From the NCBI GenBank assembly GCA_030154045.1, contig JASKKU010000001.1, positions 1,025 through 65,024 of the forward strand: a stretch of DNA of 64,000 bases. Reading direction: 5' to 3'. Within the stretch, counting starts at the first letter, position 1. Each line of letters starts with the position of its first letter. The translations under genes were made by a program, and so were the position numbers. This document shows positions 31,866 through 41,985 of this stretch, in pieces. Below the pieces are notes generated by a model that saw nothing but the letters and a program-made list of their open reading frames with translations, was not told the DNA's origin and made no database searches. Source of the stretch: Candidatus Woesearchaeota archaeon. Lineage in GTDB: Archaea > Nanobdellota > Nanobdellia > Woesearchaeales > JASKKU01.

Positions 31866-33092
31866 ATGAAATACGCAAATAAAAATCTTGAGAAAAAGTT
31901 TGAAGTGCTTTTTAGAAGTTTGTTGATGTGTCTGTTTTTGATAATCCTTGTAAGCAAAAATGTTTATTCTCTAGGGATAACGCCTTCAGAACAATTTTTT
32001 GAATATGTTCCAGGCAGTGTTGAAAAAGCTCGTATAACAGTCATCAATACTCTACCTTATCCAATTGAGGTTGAACTAAGCGCAACAGATGTCTTAAGTA
32101 ACGAAGTGAGTTTTCCAGAAGGCACCAAAATTTCTGTTGGAGCAAACCAAAAAGCAAGTGCCCCTATTACAGTAACTCTTCCTGAAGAGAATACTGTTTA
32201 TGGAAAAGTTTGTGCAATAGTCTGGGCTCGGAGGGTGCCCCCAAAAAGTTCTACAATTAGTGCTACTGAAAAAGTTGGTGCCAAATTCTGTACGGAAATT
32301 CCATACCCTGGAAAATATCTAGAATTACAGGTTTCTCCAAAGAGCGTAAACGTAGGAAGTCCAACAACGATTGTGCTAATAAAGTACAGTTCTAAGGGTA
32401 AAGAAATCATAAATTCGATTGTAAGCACTGTTTCAATTCTAGACAAGAACGGAACTTTACTAAAACAATACCAAACAAAGGAAGTAAAAAATTTATTTAC
32501 AGGAGCTGAGGAAACTGTTGCTCTTGAAGTTGATACTTCAGACTTGTTAGGTGGAGAATACATTGTAAAAGTAGACACTAATTATGATGGTAATCTTATC
32601 TCAAAGAATGCTACTTTGACAATAGGTTATCCGGACATTGAAATTAAAGATTATAGTAAAAACATCGCGGTAAACTTTGCAGATGAATTTACAATCTCAT
32701 TAAAAAACAAGTATCTTGAGAATTTTAAATATGTGTATGCTGAAATCATTATTCAAACACCAGATGGCAAAGAATTAACTTATTCTACAGCACCAATAAC
32801 CCTTAACGCAAATTCTTATGGAACGATTAAAACAGTAATACCTACTCAAAACTTAAACATTGGAGAGTATCCTGTCAAAATTATTCTTCATTTTGATGGG
32901 AAGACTAAAGAAATTAATGGAAAAGTCCTTGTTACTGAAAAAACGAAACCAAAATCCGAAACACAAACGCCTGCAAGCCAATTCAATCTTAGCATAATAA
33001 TTACCTTAGTTGTGTTATCGAACGGATTAATCCTAATCCTCTTGTTGGTTTTGATAAACAGAAATCATAAAATCAAAGAAGACGAACTTTAA
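31866..33092 (+). CDS. secreted cell-surface protein (signal peptide, beta-rich body, C-terminal TM anchor)
   Basis: N-terminal LLMCLFLIILVSKNVYS signal, C-terminal LSIIITLVVLSNGLILILLLVLI anchor followed by basic residues. Confidence 0.4.
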   Translation: MKYANKNLEKKFEVLFRSLLMCLFLIILVSKNVYSLGITPSEQFFEYVPGSVEKARITVINTLPYPIEVELSATDVLSNEVSFPEGTKISVGANQKASAPITVTLPEENTVYGKVCAIVWARRVPPKSSTISATEKVGAKFCTEIPYPGKYLELQVSPKSVNVGSPTTIVLIKYSSKGKEIINSIVSTVSILDKNGTLLKQYQTKEVKNLFTGAEETVALEVDTSDLLGGEYIVKVDTNYDGNLISKNATLTIGYPDIEIKDYSKNIAVNFADEFTISLKNKYLENFKYVYAEIIIQTPDGKELTYSTAPITLNANSYGTIKTVIPTQNLNIGEYPVKIILHFDGKTKEINGKVLVTEKTKPKSETQTPASQFNLSIIITLVVLSNGLILILLLVLINRNHKIKEDEL

Positions 33093-33111
33093 ACAGAAAC
33101 TTCAGAGTAAA

Positions 33112-33588
33112 ATGGAACGCAGAAAAAAATCAAGATACTCTCGCATTATCTTGTTATTAACTATTCTTTTAGTAGTTATTTTAACAATATCCTTGACTTT
33201 GTTGTATTATCTCAACCAATTCAAAAAGCCTGTAAAAACTCTAGTTCTCAAAACTAATGTAACAATTAGTGAACATAAAATAGCTTTCGACTTAGGTCAT
33301 AATGATTCTATAAATTTTGGTACTATAAAACGAGGAAGCGAATCAAAAAGGAGTTTAATCCTATACAACACCTTCAACTTCCCGGTTAAAGCCGAGATTA
33401 GTTGCAATGGTTCAATTTGCAACCTTTTGCTATTTGATAACGAAGTTTATCTTCAACCCAAAAGCCAGAAAGACCTTGAGTTCTTAGCCAAAGCTAACCC
33501 TTTTGAAGTTTTAGGTTACAAAGAAGGCAACATAACAATCGAAATTTATAGAGCCGTAGTTCCTAAGAATTATTCAACAAAACCATAA
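33112..33588 (+). CDS. small N-terminally anchored membrane protein
   Basis: Basic N-terminus then TM IILLLTILLVVILTISLTLLYYL; 158 aa. Confidence 0.3.
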   Translation: MERRKKSRYSRIILLLTILLVVILTISLTLLYYLNQFKKPVKTLVLKTNVTISEHKIAFDLGHNDSINFGTIKRGSESKRSLILYNTFNFPVKAEISCNGSICNLLLFDNEVYLQPKSQKDLEFLAKANPFEVLGYKEGNITIEIYRAVVPKNYSTKP

Positions 33589-33718
33589 AAAACAACTTAA
33601 AACCGAAAACTCATTCTGAAAAACATATCCGTTTATAAAAAGATCTTTAAATTCAACTTAAATTAAGTGCTCAAAAAAATCAAAAAGAATTTAAGTTAAT
33701 CCCAAATAAACCAAGAAA

Positions 33719-34900
33719 ATGTTTGATTTTCACAAAGACCCATACAAAGATTGTGGAGAATACCTTGTCGTTAAAACTGAAACGAACCCTGAAAACAAGA
33801 ATCTTTTAGACCTTTACTTCACAAACAATATTTTCTATCCTGGAGGTGCAGGCCAACCTGCTGACAAAGGGTGGCTTGAATTTAACAATTCTAAAATCGA
33901 AATCGTTGCCGCAAGAAAAAGTAACGATTATATTATTCTAAGCATTGAAAAAAACAAAGTTAAATACGAACTTCCAAAGATAGTTAAAGTGAAGATTAAT
34001 ATAAATCGAAGAAAAAAGTTAACAATCGCTCATTCTTCTGAGCATATCCTCTTTAAAACAATATTAAACAAATTTCCAAATGCAAAAAACCTTAAAGTAA
34101 AACTTGGCGAAGAGATAAGCGAAGTCTTTTTCGAATGCAAAGATTTTGATGAATCTGTGATAAGCGAAATTGAAGCAGATGCAAATGAAATCATTAAAAG
34201 AGAACTTGAAGTAAAAAGCGAACTCTTTGAAAAAAACGAATCAGAAAACATTAAAGAATTAAGAATAAAAAAAGACAGAATAAAAGACAATAAAGTAAGA
34301 GTTGTTAAAATTGGCGATTTTGACATATCAGCATGCGCAGGCACGCATGTCAAGAACACAAAGGAAATCCCTTTTATATTCATAGTTGGAATCAACAGAA
34401 AAAACAACGAAATCAAATTAAAGTTTACAAACAGCAGTGATGTATTATTTAACTTTGCCACGTTATCCAGAGATTTAATGCAAACTTACAAAAAAGAAAA
34501 CCTCAAAGAATTCTTAAGAAACACAATACACCAACAAAGTTATCTAAAACGGGATTTACGCTGGTTAATTAAAAATATAGAGAATCTAAAATCGACTCAT
34601 GAAAACAACATAATCAGAATAATTAACCTAGAAGGAATTACTAATGACTTACAAAACTTCATAATAAAAAATCTCAATAAAATAATCATCATTTCAAGAA
34701 TCCCTGGAACTGAAAAAACAAAAATACTTATCAAAGGTTTAGAAGGTTATACTATAAATTCATTAATAAGATCTTTTGAACTTAAAGGAAATCTCAACAA
34801 GGAAAAAGCAGTATTCCAAGGCGTTAGTGAAAAAGCTAATCCTGAAAAAATAATTGAGTTCCTCAAGAAACAGAATCTTATATTCATTGAATTAAAGTAA
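33719..34900 (+). CDS. alaX: AlaX-like tRNA editing protein (AlaRS/ThrRS second-additional-domain family)
   Basis: Zinc-binding HxxxH (HSSEHIL) and CxxxH (CAGTHV) motifs characteristic of AlaX/editing domains. Confidence 0.6.
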   Translation: MFDFHKDPYKDCGEYLVVKTETNPENKNLLDLYFTNNIFYPGGAGQPADKGWLEFNNSKIEIVAARKSNDYIILSIEKNKVKYELPKIVKVKININRRKKLTIAHSSEHILFKTILNKFPNAKNLKVKLGEEISEVFFECKDFDESVISEIEADANEIIKRELEVKSELFEKNESENIKELRIKKDRIKDNKVRVVKIGDFDISACAGTHVKNTKEIPFIFIVGINRKNNEIKLKFTNSSDVLFNFATLSRDLMQTYKKENLKEFLRNTIHQQSYLKRDLRWLIKNIENLKSTHENNIIRIINLEGITNDLQNFIIKNLNKIIIISRIPGTEKTKILIKGLEGYTINSLIRSFELKGNLNKEKAVFQGVSEKANPEKIIEFLKKQNLIFIELK

Positions 34901-35054
34901 ACCACAATTGAACTAAACTTTTTAATCTCTGAGCATAAAATATTTTCCAAATTTCTAAACTCTGAAAAAGATCTAATTTATGCAAGCTCCTTTTGAAAAG
35001 TTTTTGATTTTTTTCTAAGAATGCTATTAAAAACAAATAGCAAAAGAATGCTTT

Positions 35055-36335
35055 ATGAAAATAGACAAGATCGTTGAACGCGAGTTTGAATCTAAAAAAG
35101 CAAAAATAAACACATCAGACCTGCAAGCGTTCAGGCGCAACATTATAAAAAAAGTTATTCAAGAATACAAATCAGAGTTTGATCTTTTGGTCAGAACAAG
35201 AAAAGTAAACAGGCCTTTAATTAAGTTCCTAAATAAAATTGGCGAAGTAAAATACAAATACAAACACATACCTTACATAGCACTAACCACCTCAGAAAGA
35301 GAAGGAAAGGAATTATTAAAGTACTTTTATGAAGAAAGGGATTCAACTTTAATTCGTGAATACAGAAATCAAATAAACCTTTTAACATCAATAGACCTTG
35401 CCTCTAGCATTACAATCGAGCCACCAAAAAGGTCTAAAGTCGTCAAATCAGTTCTTGAAGAAGAGCTATGGAATTTATCGTTAATTGGCGCGTATTACGC
35501 ACAAAGAATCTCACTTGGAGATGATGTTACAATTGCTATAATAGATACAGGTGTAGATTATGAACATAAAGAATTAAAAGGCAACTTTGGCATGAAAAAA
35601 GGTTATGATTTCATAAGAGACAAAAATGATCCTTTTGATTATAACGGGCATGGCACTCACGTTGCTGGAATAATTGCTGGAAAAAATACTGGAATATCTC
35701 ACAATTCTAGGTTAATAGCCTTGCGTATTCTTGACGAAGACGGCTCAGGTACTGAATTTGACTTGATAAGAGCTTTAGAATATTGCTACGATAACAACAT
35801 TGATTTGATCAATATGAGTTTAGGTAGTCCCTATGCTTCAGAGGCACTTGAAGAGATTTGTTACAAAACTTCAACTAAAAGTATACTTATTGCCGCTGCA
35901 GGAAACGATGGAAATTATTTGCCAAATTATCCTGCTGCATTTGGCGAAGCAGTAATTTCTGTTGCTTCAATAAATCAGTATAAACAACATTCTTACTTTA
36001 GCAACCTCCATGAAACTGTTGATATTTGCGCACCTGGAGAGAATATTTACTCCAGCATTCCAAATGACAAGTATGATGTTTTTAGTGGAACATCTATGGC
36101 TACACCACACGTAACAGGTTCTCTTGCTTTAGCACTCTCGTTAGCAAAGAATTCAAGTTTCTTAGAAGAGTTAATGAAGAGTTCTGCAGAAAAACTCAAT
36201 CAAGAATTTGAATTCCCAAAAGAATACGCTTTTGGTTTCGGTTTAGTTAGAGTTGATAAAATGGTTAGCAAACTGAATAACGAAAATTCCCGAAGAATCA
36301 GAAAATTATTCAAAAAGATATATTCACGAAGGTGA
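35055..36335 (+). CDS. subtilisin-like serine protease (peptidase S8), no obvious signal peptide
   Basis: Catalytic triad motifs IAIIDTGVD (Asp), HGTHVAGIIAG (His), GTSMATPHVTG (Ser). Confidence 0.85.
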   Translation: MKIDKIVEREFESKKAKINTSDLQAFRRNIIKKVIQEYKSEFDLLVRTRKVNRPLIKFLNKIGEVKYKYKHIPYIALTTSEREGKELLKYFYEERDSTLIREYRNQINLLTSIDLASSITIEPPKRSKVVKSVLEEELWNLSLIGAYYAQRISLGDDVTIAIIDTGVDYEHKELKGNFGMKKGYDFIRDKNDPFDYNGHGTHVAGIIAGKNTGISHNSRLIALRILDEDGSGTEFDLIRALEYCYDNNIDLINMSLGSPYASEALEEICYKTSTKSILIAAAGNDGNYLPNYPAAFGEAVISVASINQYKQHSYFSNLHETVDICAPGENIYSSIPNDKYDVFSGTSMATPHVTGSLALALSLAKNSSFLEELMKSSAEKLNQEFEFPKEYAFGFGLVRVDKMVSKLNNENSRRIRKLFKKIYSRR

Positions 36336-36341
36336 TACAAA

Positions 36342-36749
36342 ATGCCAAACCTTGAGGATAAAGAAAACATAGCTAAAAAAGTGGATGATGCATACAAAGA
36401 TAAAGTATACAAATTAGATGATGACAAAGATATCGTAAATGAAAATCCCAAAGAAGGAACAGATACAATTGATGAAATAATCAAAAACCACGAACAAATT
36501 TACTTGAGAGTAAAACCCAAAGCTGAACTAAAAATTGCGACAATTTATGACAAAATCATTAATGATCTATCAAACAGATATGATTCAATGTTAAAACTTT
36601 ACAGACTAAAGATGATTGATGGATTGTTAATTGATTATTCTAAATTAAGCGATATTGAAAAAGAAACCTTTAAACAATACCTAACTGAGATTTATAACGA
36701 CGAAAACACAGAACTGTTTGTAGAAGGGTTAAACAAAGTTTCTTTTTAA
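36342..36749 (+). CDS. hypothetical acidic protein
   Basis: 135-aa ORF 6 nt after the protease stop; no recognisable motif. Confidence 0.3.
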   Translation: MPNLEDKENIAKKVDDAYKDKVYKLDDDKDIVNENPKEGTDTIDEIIKNHEQIYLRVKPKAELKIATIYDKIINDLSNRYDSMLKLYRLKMIDGLLIDYSKLSDIEKETFKQYLTEIYNDENTELFVEGLNKVSF

Positions 36750-36799
36750 TTAAACATTTTTTATGAATAAATTTTATTTTAAATATACTCTAAACTTTA

Positions 36800-38038
36800 T
36801 TAAAATTTCAACAAAGTCTTCAGCTCAGACTTTAAACGTTGCTCAAAACTTTTTTCTGTTTCGCCATCCTTCTTTTCTTCAGACAGAATCTTAAAGAGAG
36901 ATAAAATAAACTCCTTTTCCTGTTCTTTGTTTTCGTAAAGTTTTCCAAGGTTCTCGTTAATAACATCCTGTTCGATTTCTTTCGGAGTCCTGACTTCTAC
37001 AAAAACATCTTCGTAATCTGAACCAACAAGTTTGCTAGTATTCCTCATCACAAAGTACGCTGATTTACCCTTAATAAGTTCAGTAATCTTGTTAAAATCC
37101 ACTTCTGTTAAACTTGAGGTTAGTTTGCCTTCAAACCTCAACAAAACAATTGTATCAAAAAACTCTTCATGGGACAACTCAGTTAAGACCCTTTCTGTAA
37201 GTTCTTTTCCTGATAAACCGTTTGCATTAAACTTAAAGCATCTCACATTTTTCATCACTAAATCCTGTTTCTGTGTTTTAATTTGAGAATCTTCAACATC
37301 TACTATAAAGAAACTGCCTTTAAGTAACCTTTCAAGCTCTTCAAAGTTTGTTGGAAAAGTAGGCCCGGGAAAAACTATGCGACCATAACCTTCAACATCT
37401 TGGTCAAAAACATAATGGATATGGCCTCCAGCATAATAGTTAAAACCCTTTGGTAAAAGAGATAAAGGAATTCCTTTAATATTGGAAAACTGTTTTGAAG
37501 TCAACTCATCAATCGCGTTGTGGAACATAAAAATCTTGAAACCTTGCTCATCCTCTAATTCTTTCCTATTCAACAGCCTATATAACTCCAAATCCAAAGC
37601 GTTCCTCTTTCCAAGAATACCCGCAATCTTAACTTTTGTTTTCTCATCCTCAACAAAAGACAATTTTAACTCTTGCTCATTCAACTCACTAATTCTTGTC
37701 GCGTTCCTAATCAAACCAACGCTTGAAAGTATTCTTAAGAAAGTTTTATTGCTTGCCGAAAAATCATGACTGCCAGCAATAACATAAACAGGAATATCTT
37801 TTGTTCTCAACTTCTTAAGTGCTGCAATAACTCTTTCAAAAACATCGACACCAGGCAAAGGCGTATCAAAAAGGTCTCCAGAAATCAGAACAAAATCACA
37901 GTTTAAATCAACAATTTTCTCTAAAGCTGTTTCAAAAGCTTTTACAGACAACTCTTTCATTAAGGGATGATTCCAAGAACCTACATGACAATCAGCAAGA
38001 TGTGCAAACCTAAATTTCATAACCTTCACCAGATTCAA
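36800..38038 (-). CDS. mre11: DNA double-strand-break repair nuclease Mre11
   Basis: Phosphoesterase motifs [22 protein letters not shown]; 412 aa. Confidence 0.75.
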   Translation of the reverse strand: MNLVKVMKFRFAHLADCHVGSWNHPLMKELSVKAFETALEKIVDLNCDFVLISGDLFDTPLPGVDVFERVIAALKKLRTKDIPVYVIAGSHDFSASNKTFLRILSSVGLIRNATRISELNEQELKLSFVEDEKTKVKIAGILGKRNALDLELYRLLNRKELEDEQGFKIFMFHNAIDELTSKQFSNIKGIPLSLLPKGFNYYAGGHIHYVFDQDVEGYGRIVFPGPTFPTNFEELERLLKGSFFIVDVEDSQIKTQKQDLVMKNVRCFKFNANGLSGKELTERVLTELSHEEFFDTIVLLRFEGKLTSSLTEVDFNKITELIKGKSAYFVMRNTSKLVGSDYEDVFVEVRTPKEIEQDVINENLGKLYENKEQEKEFILSLFKILSEEKKDGETEKSFEQRLKSELKTLLKF

Positions 38039-39648
38039 AATAATTCAAACTCTTTCTTATTCAAAGGAGTTTTTTCACTATCTCTTTTTTGAAGGAAATT
38101 TTCTTTATTAAACAAAGGCACTTTCACAGGGATTGCAAAACCGAAAAAGCTTGAAGACAAAATCGCTTCTCCAACATTAAGTGAAGCAATGCTTCTTTCA
38201 TCAGATGAAAGGTCATTTGGACACGATTCAATAATAGCTTGCCTCTCTGGTTTCATTTCAATTCCTAAAATAATTTTAGTATTCATATTTGCAAGAATCT
38301 CTCTAGGAATAAGAGAAGGCAACTGCGTTATTGCATACAATCCAATCTTAAACTTCCTTCCTTCTCGGGCAATTGTTGAAAATATATTTGAACCTGATTT
38401 AAGAACATCTTTGCCTAAAACTCTTGGCGCCTCTTCTAAAAGAATAACTATTTGAGCAGCATTATCTAAGGTGCCTTCTTTTTTGTAATGCATATACTTA
38501 TTAAAAAGTTTTGAAGCTATTGCTGAACCGATTAAAATCTCCTGAGAACTAGAAATATTTGAAGTATCTACAATTACTGTCTTTCCTTGTTCAAGAAGTT
38601 TGCAAATCCTATCAATAGCGCCCTCGCCAGCATTGTTGTTGTCGTTAAAGATTCCATTAAAAATTAACTGACCATTAGGACCGTCTTCAACATCCAATAG
38701 ATTAGCCAGCCTTCTCTTTAGAACCATTAAACTAGGTAATTGAACTGAGATAATTGACGGCTCCTCATCATTGAAAATTTGGAGTATCCAGGAATCTTTA
38801 TATTTCGCTTGGTATGCTAGCATCGCTTCTTTTTGTGCAGTGCTCCAATCAGCAACCGCAAAGAAATGAGTTGGTTTAAGTGTCCTTATATTTATTTTCA
38901 AACTCTGCGCTCCAGGAGGAACATTGTAGTTAGTAAAGTAAACAACATTTTCCTTATTGGGGTAATCCTTCAAACCAAAATGGCTCCGACCATAATACTC
39001 ATCATGAGGATCGAGTACAAGAAAACCTATCTTGTAATTTTCAACAAGATTCCATAATAAAACAGAGGTCAAATTAGACTTACCCCTACCAGTTGTAGCC
39101 GCAACAAGAACATGATGTCTAAAAACCTTCTCAGCATCAATATAAACAGGTACATTAACTTCATTAGAACCTGACCTTAAAAAACCAACAAAGGTAGCAT
39201 TCTCAGGTTTAGTTATTATCTCCAGATCTTTTGAATATAGTCTTCTAAACTTAGAGAATAAAGGTGGCAAAGACTTTGTCACACTTAAAGCCTTGTTTTT
39301 CTTATCAAAAAACAACAGGTTCTTGCAGAATGCAACAGAATAAAGTTGAAGCTCTTCGTCAAAAAAATCCGCATTGAAATCATGCTCTAGATCCATCCCT
39401 GAAATCATCTCTAAATTTGACAAAGAAATTTGACTGCTATAAGTTAAATCAAAAACCTGAATAAAAAACTTCGAATCATCATTCTCAAAAACTAAGATTT
39501 CGCCTAGTTGAACAAAAGAATCCTTCTTTAATCTAAGAATCAAAGAATCGAAACTGCCTCCAATCAGTTGGCCAACATATTCCATACATATAAAAGAGAA
39601 ATGCGTTTTATATAAAGATTTTGAAAAGAAAGATTTGAATCTAAACAC
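38035..39648 (-). CDS. herA: HerA-like (DUF87/FtsK-type) P-loop ATPase, translationally coupled upstream of mre11
   Basis: Walker [10 protein letters not shown] about 190 aa in, Walker-B-like VIVDTS; 4-nt overlap with mre11. Confidence 0.5.
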   Translation of the reverse strand: MFRFKSFFSKSLYKTHFSFICMEYVGQLIGGSFDSLILRLKKDSFVQLGEILVFENDDSKFFIQVFDLTYSSQISLSNLEMISGMDLEHDFNADFFDEELQLYSVAFCKNLLFFDKKNKALSVTKSLPPLFSKFRRLYSKDLEIITKPENATFVGFLRSGSNEVNVPVYIDAEKVFRHHVLVAATTGRGKSNLTSVLLWNLVENYKIGFLVLDPHDEYYGRSHFGLKDYPNKENVVYFTNYNVPPGAQSLKINIRTLKPTHFFAVADWSTAQKEAMLAYQAKYKDSWILQIFNDEEPSIISVQLPSLMVLKRRLANLLDVEDGPNGQLIFNGIFNDNNNAGEGAIDRICKLLEQGKTVIVDTSNISSSQEILIGSAIASKLFNKYMHYKKEGTLDNAAQIVILLEEAPRVLGKDVLKSGSNIFSTIAREGRKFKIGLYAITQLPSLIPREILANMNTKIILGIEMKPERQAIIESCPNDLSSDERSIASLNVGEAILSSSFFGFAIPVKVPLFNKENFLQKRDSEKTPLNKKEFELF

Positions 39649-39725
39649 AACAGTTTCGTTAAAAATAAGTTGTCCTCAAAACAAACACAACTTTTTTATT
39701 TAACAATATTTGTCCTTAAATATGT

Positions 39726-39799
39726 GCCCCGTTAGTTTAGTTTGGAGAGAATGCGAGCCTGCGGAGCTTGTGGCCCGGGTTCAAATCCCGGACGGGGCG
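39726..39799 (+). tRNA. tRNA-Arg (anticodon GCG)
   Basis: Acceptor GCCCCGT/ACGGGGC, anticodon stem CGAGC/GCTTG with loop CTGCGGA, T-arm CCGGGTTCAAATCCCGG. Confidence 0.8.
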
Positions 39800-39848
39800 T
39801 ATAATATAAAAAAATTTAAAAAGAATCCAACATTAACGAGAGTAAATC

Positions 39849-40547
39849 ATGAACCTGCCGTTTATAGAGAACACAACCCAAAGAAATATTGGAATTATCT
39901 ACTTTCATCACATTAAGAATGTTCTTGCCATTGAAGTAGAATATCCTGAATTAAATGTAGACACTTTAATTCTTTCAAAACCAGATGTTACTGATTTCAA
40001 ACAAATCATTAAAGAATTTTTAGAGCACAATAACTTAACAAATTCAAGGAAAATTGAGTTCTTTAAAGAAGAATTCGAGATTCTATCAAATAAAGATATA
40101 AGAAATTATCATTTTAAACTAACAAATATTGGAGAACTATATCCCAAAGAGGTATTTTCAAATTTTCCAAAAAATGTGCTGGAGTATTTAATTACTTTAA
40201 ATTTTAATTTCAACTATTCGTTTGAAGTAGATTATCTAAAACATTCGGTTTCTGTTTATGGAGGTGTATATGAAAAAAATGATGATGTACAAACAAAAAA
40301 ACATTTTTTCATATTGGATTTCTGCGAATGTGATATTCTCTTACCTGAAGACTTAGAAAAAGAAACCGTTAAAATGTTAACTATTTGGTCAAAAAAATTA
40401 AAAAAAGATTTCGACTTTTTAAACAAGAGAAGAACATATCTTATTTTTGAGAAGGACCTAAACAGACAGGAAATCATAGAAAAATTTTCGAAACTTTTTA
40501 ATAGTCTTTCTGAACTTAAGAATAAAATAAGAATATTCACAAAATAA
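39849..40547 (+). CDS. hypothetical protein, first gene of the accessory region
   Basis: 232-aa ORF with no recognisable motif. Confidence 0.3.
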   Translation: MNLPFIENTTQRNIGIIYFHHIKNVLAIEVEYPELNVDTLILSKPDVTDFKQIIKEFLEHNNLTNSRKIEFFKEEFEILSNKDIRNYHFKLTNIGELYPKEVFSNFPKNVLEYLITLNFNFNYSFEVDYLKHSVSVYGGVYEKNDDVQTKKHFFILDFCECDILLPEDLEKETVKMLTIWSKKLKKDFDFLNKRRTYLIFEKDLNRQEIIEKFSKLFNSLSELKNKIRIFTK

Positions 40548-40559
40548 TTAAAGGCAAAA

Positions 40560-41357
40560 ATGAAAAGTTTCAAGAAAATTAAGCCTTTTAAGTTAGTCCT
40601 TTCATCATTCTTGATTTTATTGATCGGATTTTTAATCTGGACATCTTTGAATCATAATTTGAATTTTAAAAGGGAAAATATTGTAACCTTTGTACCAGTT
40701 ATTTCTAAATATATTTCAACTGCAAGCACATCTTACAAAAACCTTTCGTGCAAGGATTTCATAAACTTAAGCAATAAAAAGCTCATTAAAGAACATGCGT
40801 ACAATCGAACAGTGAAAGATTCAAAAACAGGTTCACTTTATAAGAACTACATTTTAACTAAAGTTCAAAAAGAGTATTTCAACGCCACCCCTTTTACAGT
40901 TTATACTTCTACACAATATGAGTATTTAAACAACAAAACAATATTTTGTGGAATTAAAAAGAAATATGTAATTAATAGCTCTGATAGAGAATCTTTAAAG
41001 AGATTATATCAGCTTTTCTTAAATAACTTCTCAAAGAAATTTGAACCTATTGAAAAGTTTCAATGTGAAAATTCAGATATTGAATTTATCCTTGGAAAAA
41101 GAGGAGAAATTTATGGGATTTTAGGCGTTTTTACAATAGATCCTGATGTGAAGGTATCTTATAACATAAATGATCCTAACGCGAGAATAGTTACTGCGAG
41201 CGAATGGTTCAAAGGAGAATTTGATGAGTATGTTCTTTTTACTGAATTTAAGGATATCTCGCCCTTGGATAGGTTCAGGGTTACACTAGAATACATCTTA
41301 GACCATGTTTGTTACCCCAAAGAACGGCAAAAGTTTTTTTATTCAAAGATAATTTAA
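40560..41357 (+). CDS. N-terminally anchored membrane/secreted hypothetical protein
   Basis: TM LVLSSFLILLIGFLIW; convergent with, and 4 nt overlapping, the stop of HXS-repeat gene 1. Confidence 0.3.
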   Translation: MKSFKKIKPFKLVLSSFLILLIGFLIWTSLNHNLNFKRENIVTFVPVISKYISTASTSYKNLSCKDFINLSNKKLIKEHAYNRTVKDSKTGSLYKNYILTKVQKEYFNATPFTVYTSTQYEYLNNKTIFCGIKKKYVINSSDRESLKRLYQLFLNNFSKKFEPIEKFQCENSDIEFILGKRGEIYGILGVFTIDPDVKVSYNINDPNARIVTASEWFKGEFDEYVLFTEFKDISPLDRFRVTLEYILDHVCYPKERQKFFYSKII

Positions 41358-41983
41358 TTAACACAACAAATAGGATAACTTGGATTAGAACAATCTTTTG
41401 CACCTACAGAAGTACCACCATAGCCACGACATATTGATACTGATTCAACGCACGCACCATTTTCTGACAAACAATTTGCGTGAGTACTATGGCTAGCATG
41501 ACTAGAATGACTACCATGACTTGAGTGACTGCCGTGACTTGAGTGACTGCCATGACTGCCGTGACTTGAGTGACTGCCATGACTGCCGTGACTTGAGTGA
41601 CTGCCATGACTACCATGAGTTGTATGACTAGCATGAGTAGCATGAGCGATATGACTTGAATGACTGCCGTGAGTTGCATGACTACTGTGACTTGAGTGAG
41701 TGCCGTGAGTGCCATGAGTGGCGTGACTGCTGTGACTACCATGACTACCATGAGTACCATGAGTAGCATGGCTGCTGTGACTCGCATGAGTGCCATGAGT
41801 ACCATGGGTAGCATGATGTGCGTGTTTTGCCGTAGCTGAATTAACTAAAACAGGGGCATTAAAAAAATTAAAGAACGCAGCTGCTGATAGAAAAACACCC
41901 GTACTTACCAAAGAATGCTTATTTGTCAAACCGTCTTCACTTTTAATAAAATACCTTATCCTTTTTTTAAATTTAGGAAACAT
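41354..41983 (-). CDS. His-Xaa-Ser/Thr tripeptide-repeat protein 1: conserved signal/leader-like N-terminus, 40 consecutive H-x-x repeats, C-terminal 6-Cys domain
   Basis: aa 54-173 are strictly periodic HAT/HGT/HGS/HSS... tripeptides; N-terminus MFPKFKKRIRYFIKSEDGLTNKHSL plus a hydrophobic stretch ending VNSATA; C-terminus CLSENGACVESVSICRGYGGTSVGAKDCSNPSYPICCVN. Confidence 0.8.
   Translation of the reverse strand: MFPKFKKRIRYFIKSEDGLTNKHSLVSTGVFLSAAAFFNFFNAPVLVNSATAKHAHHATHGTHGTHASHSSHATHGTHGSHGSHSSHATHGTHGTHSSHSSHATHGSHSSHIAHATHASHTTHGSHGSHSSHGSHGSHSSHGSHGSHSSHGSHSSHGSHSSHASHSTHANCLSENGACVESVSICRGYGGTSVGAKDCSNPSYPICCVN
41465..41824. repeat. tandem 9/27-bp DNA repeats encoding the HxS/T tripeptide array of gene 1
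   Basis: Near-perfect 27-mer gtgacttgagtgactgccatgactgcc repeated 3x around 41527-41610; the antisense ORF 41404..41814 in the track is an artefact of this repeat. Confidence 0.85.
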
Positions 41984-41985
41984 TT

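Noticed and set aside
41404-41814. 136-aa antisense ORF (MLPMVLMALMRVTAAM...) inside HXS-repeat gene 1, and the similar 94-aa antisense ORF at 41991..42275
   Set aside because: Both lie entirely within the tandem tripeptide-coding repeats. The opposite strand of a (CAT/GAC/AGT)n-type repeat is trivially open. They have no start context and give Met/Val/Leu low-complexity products.
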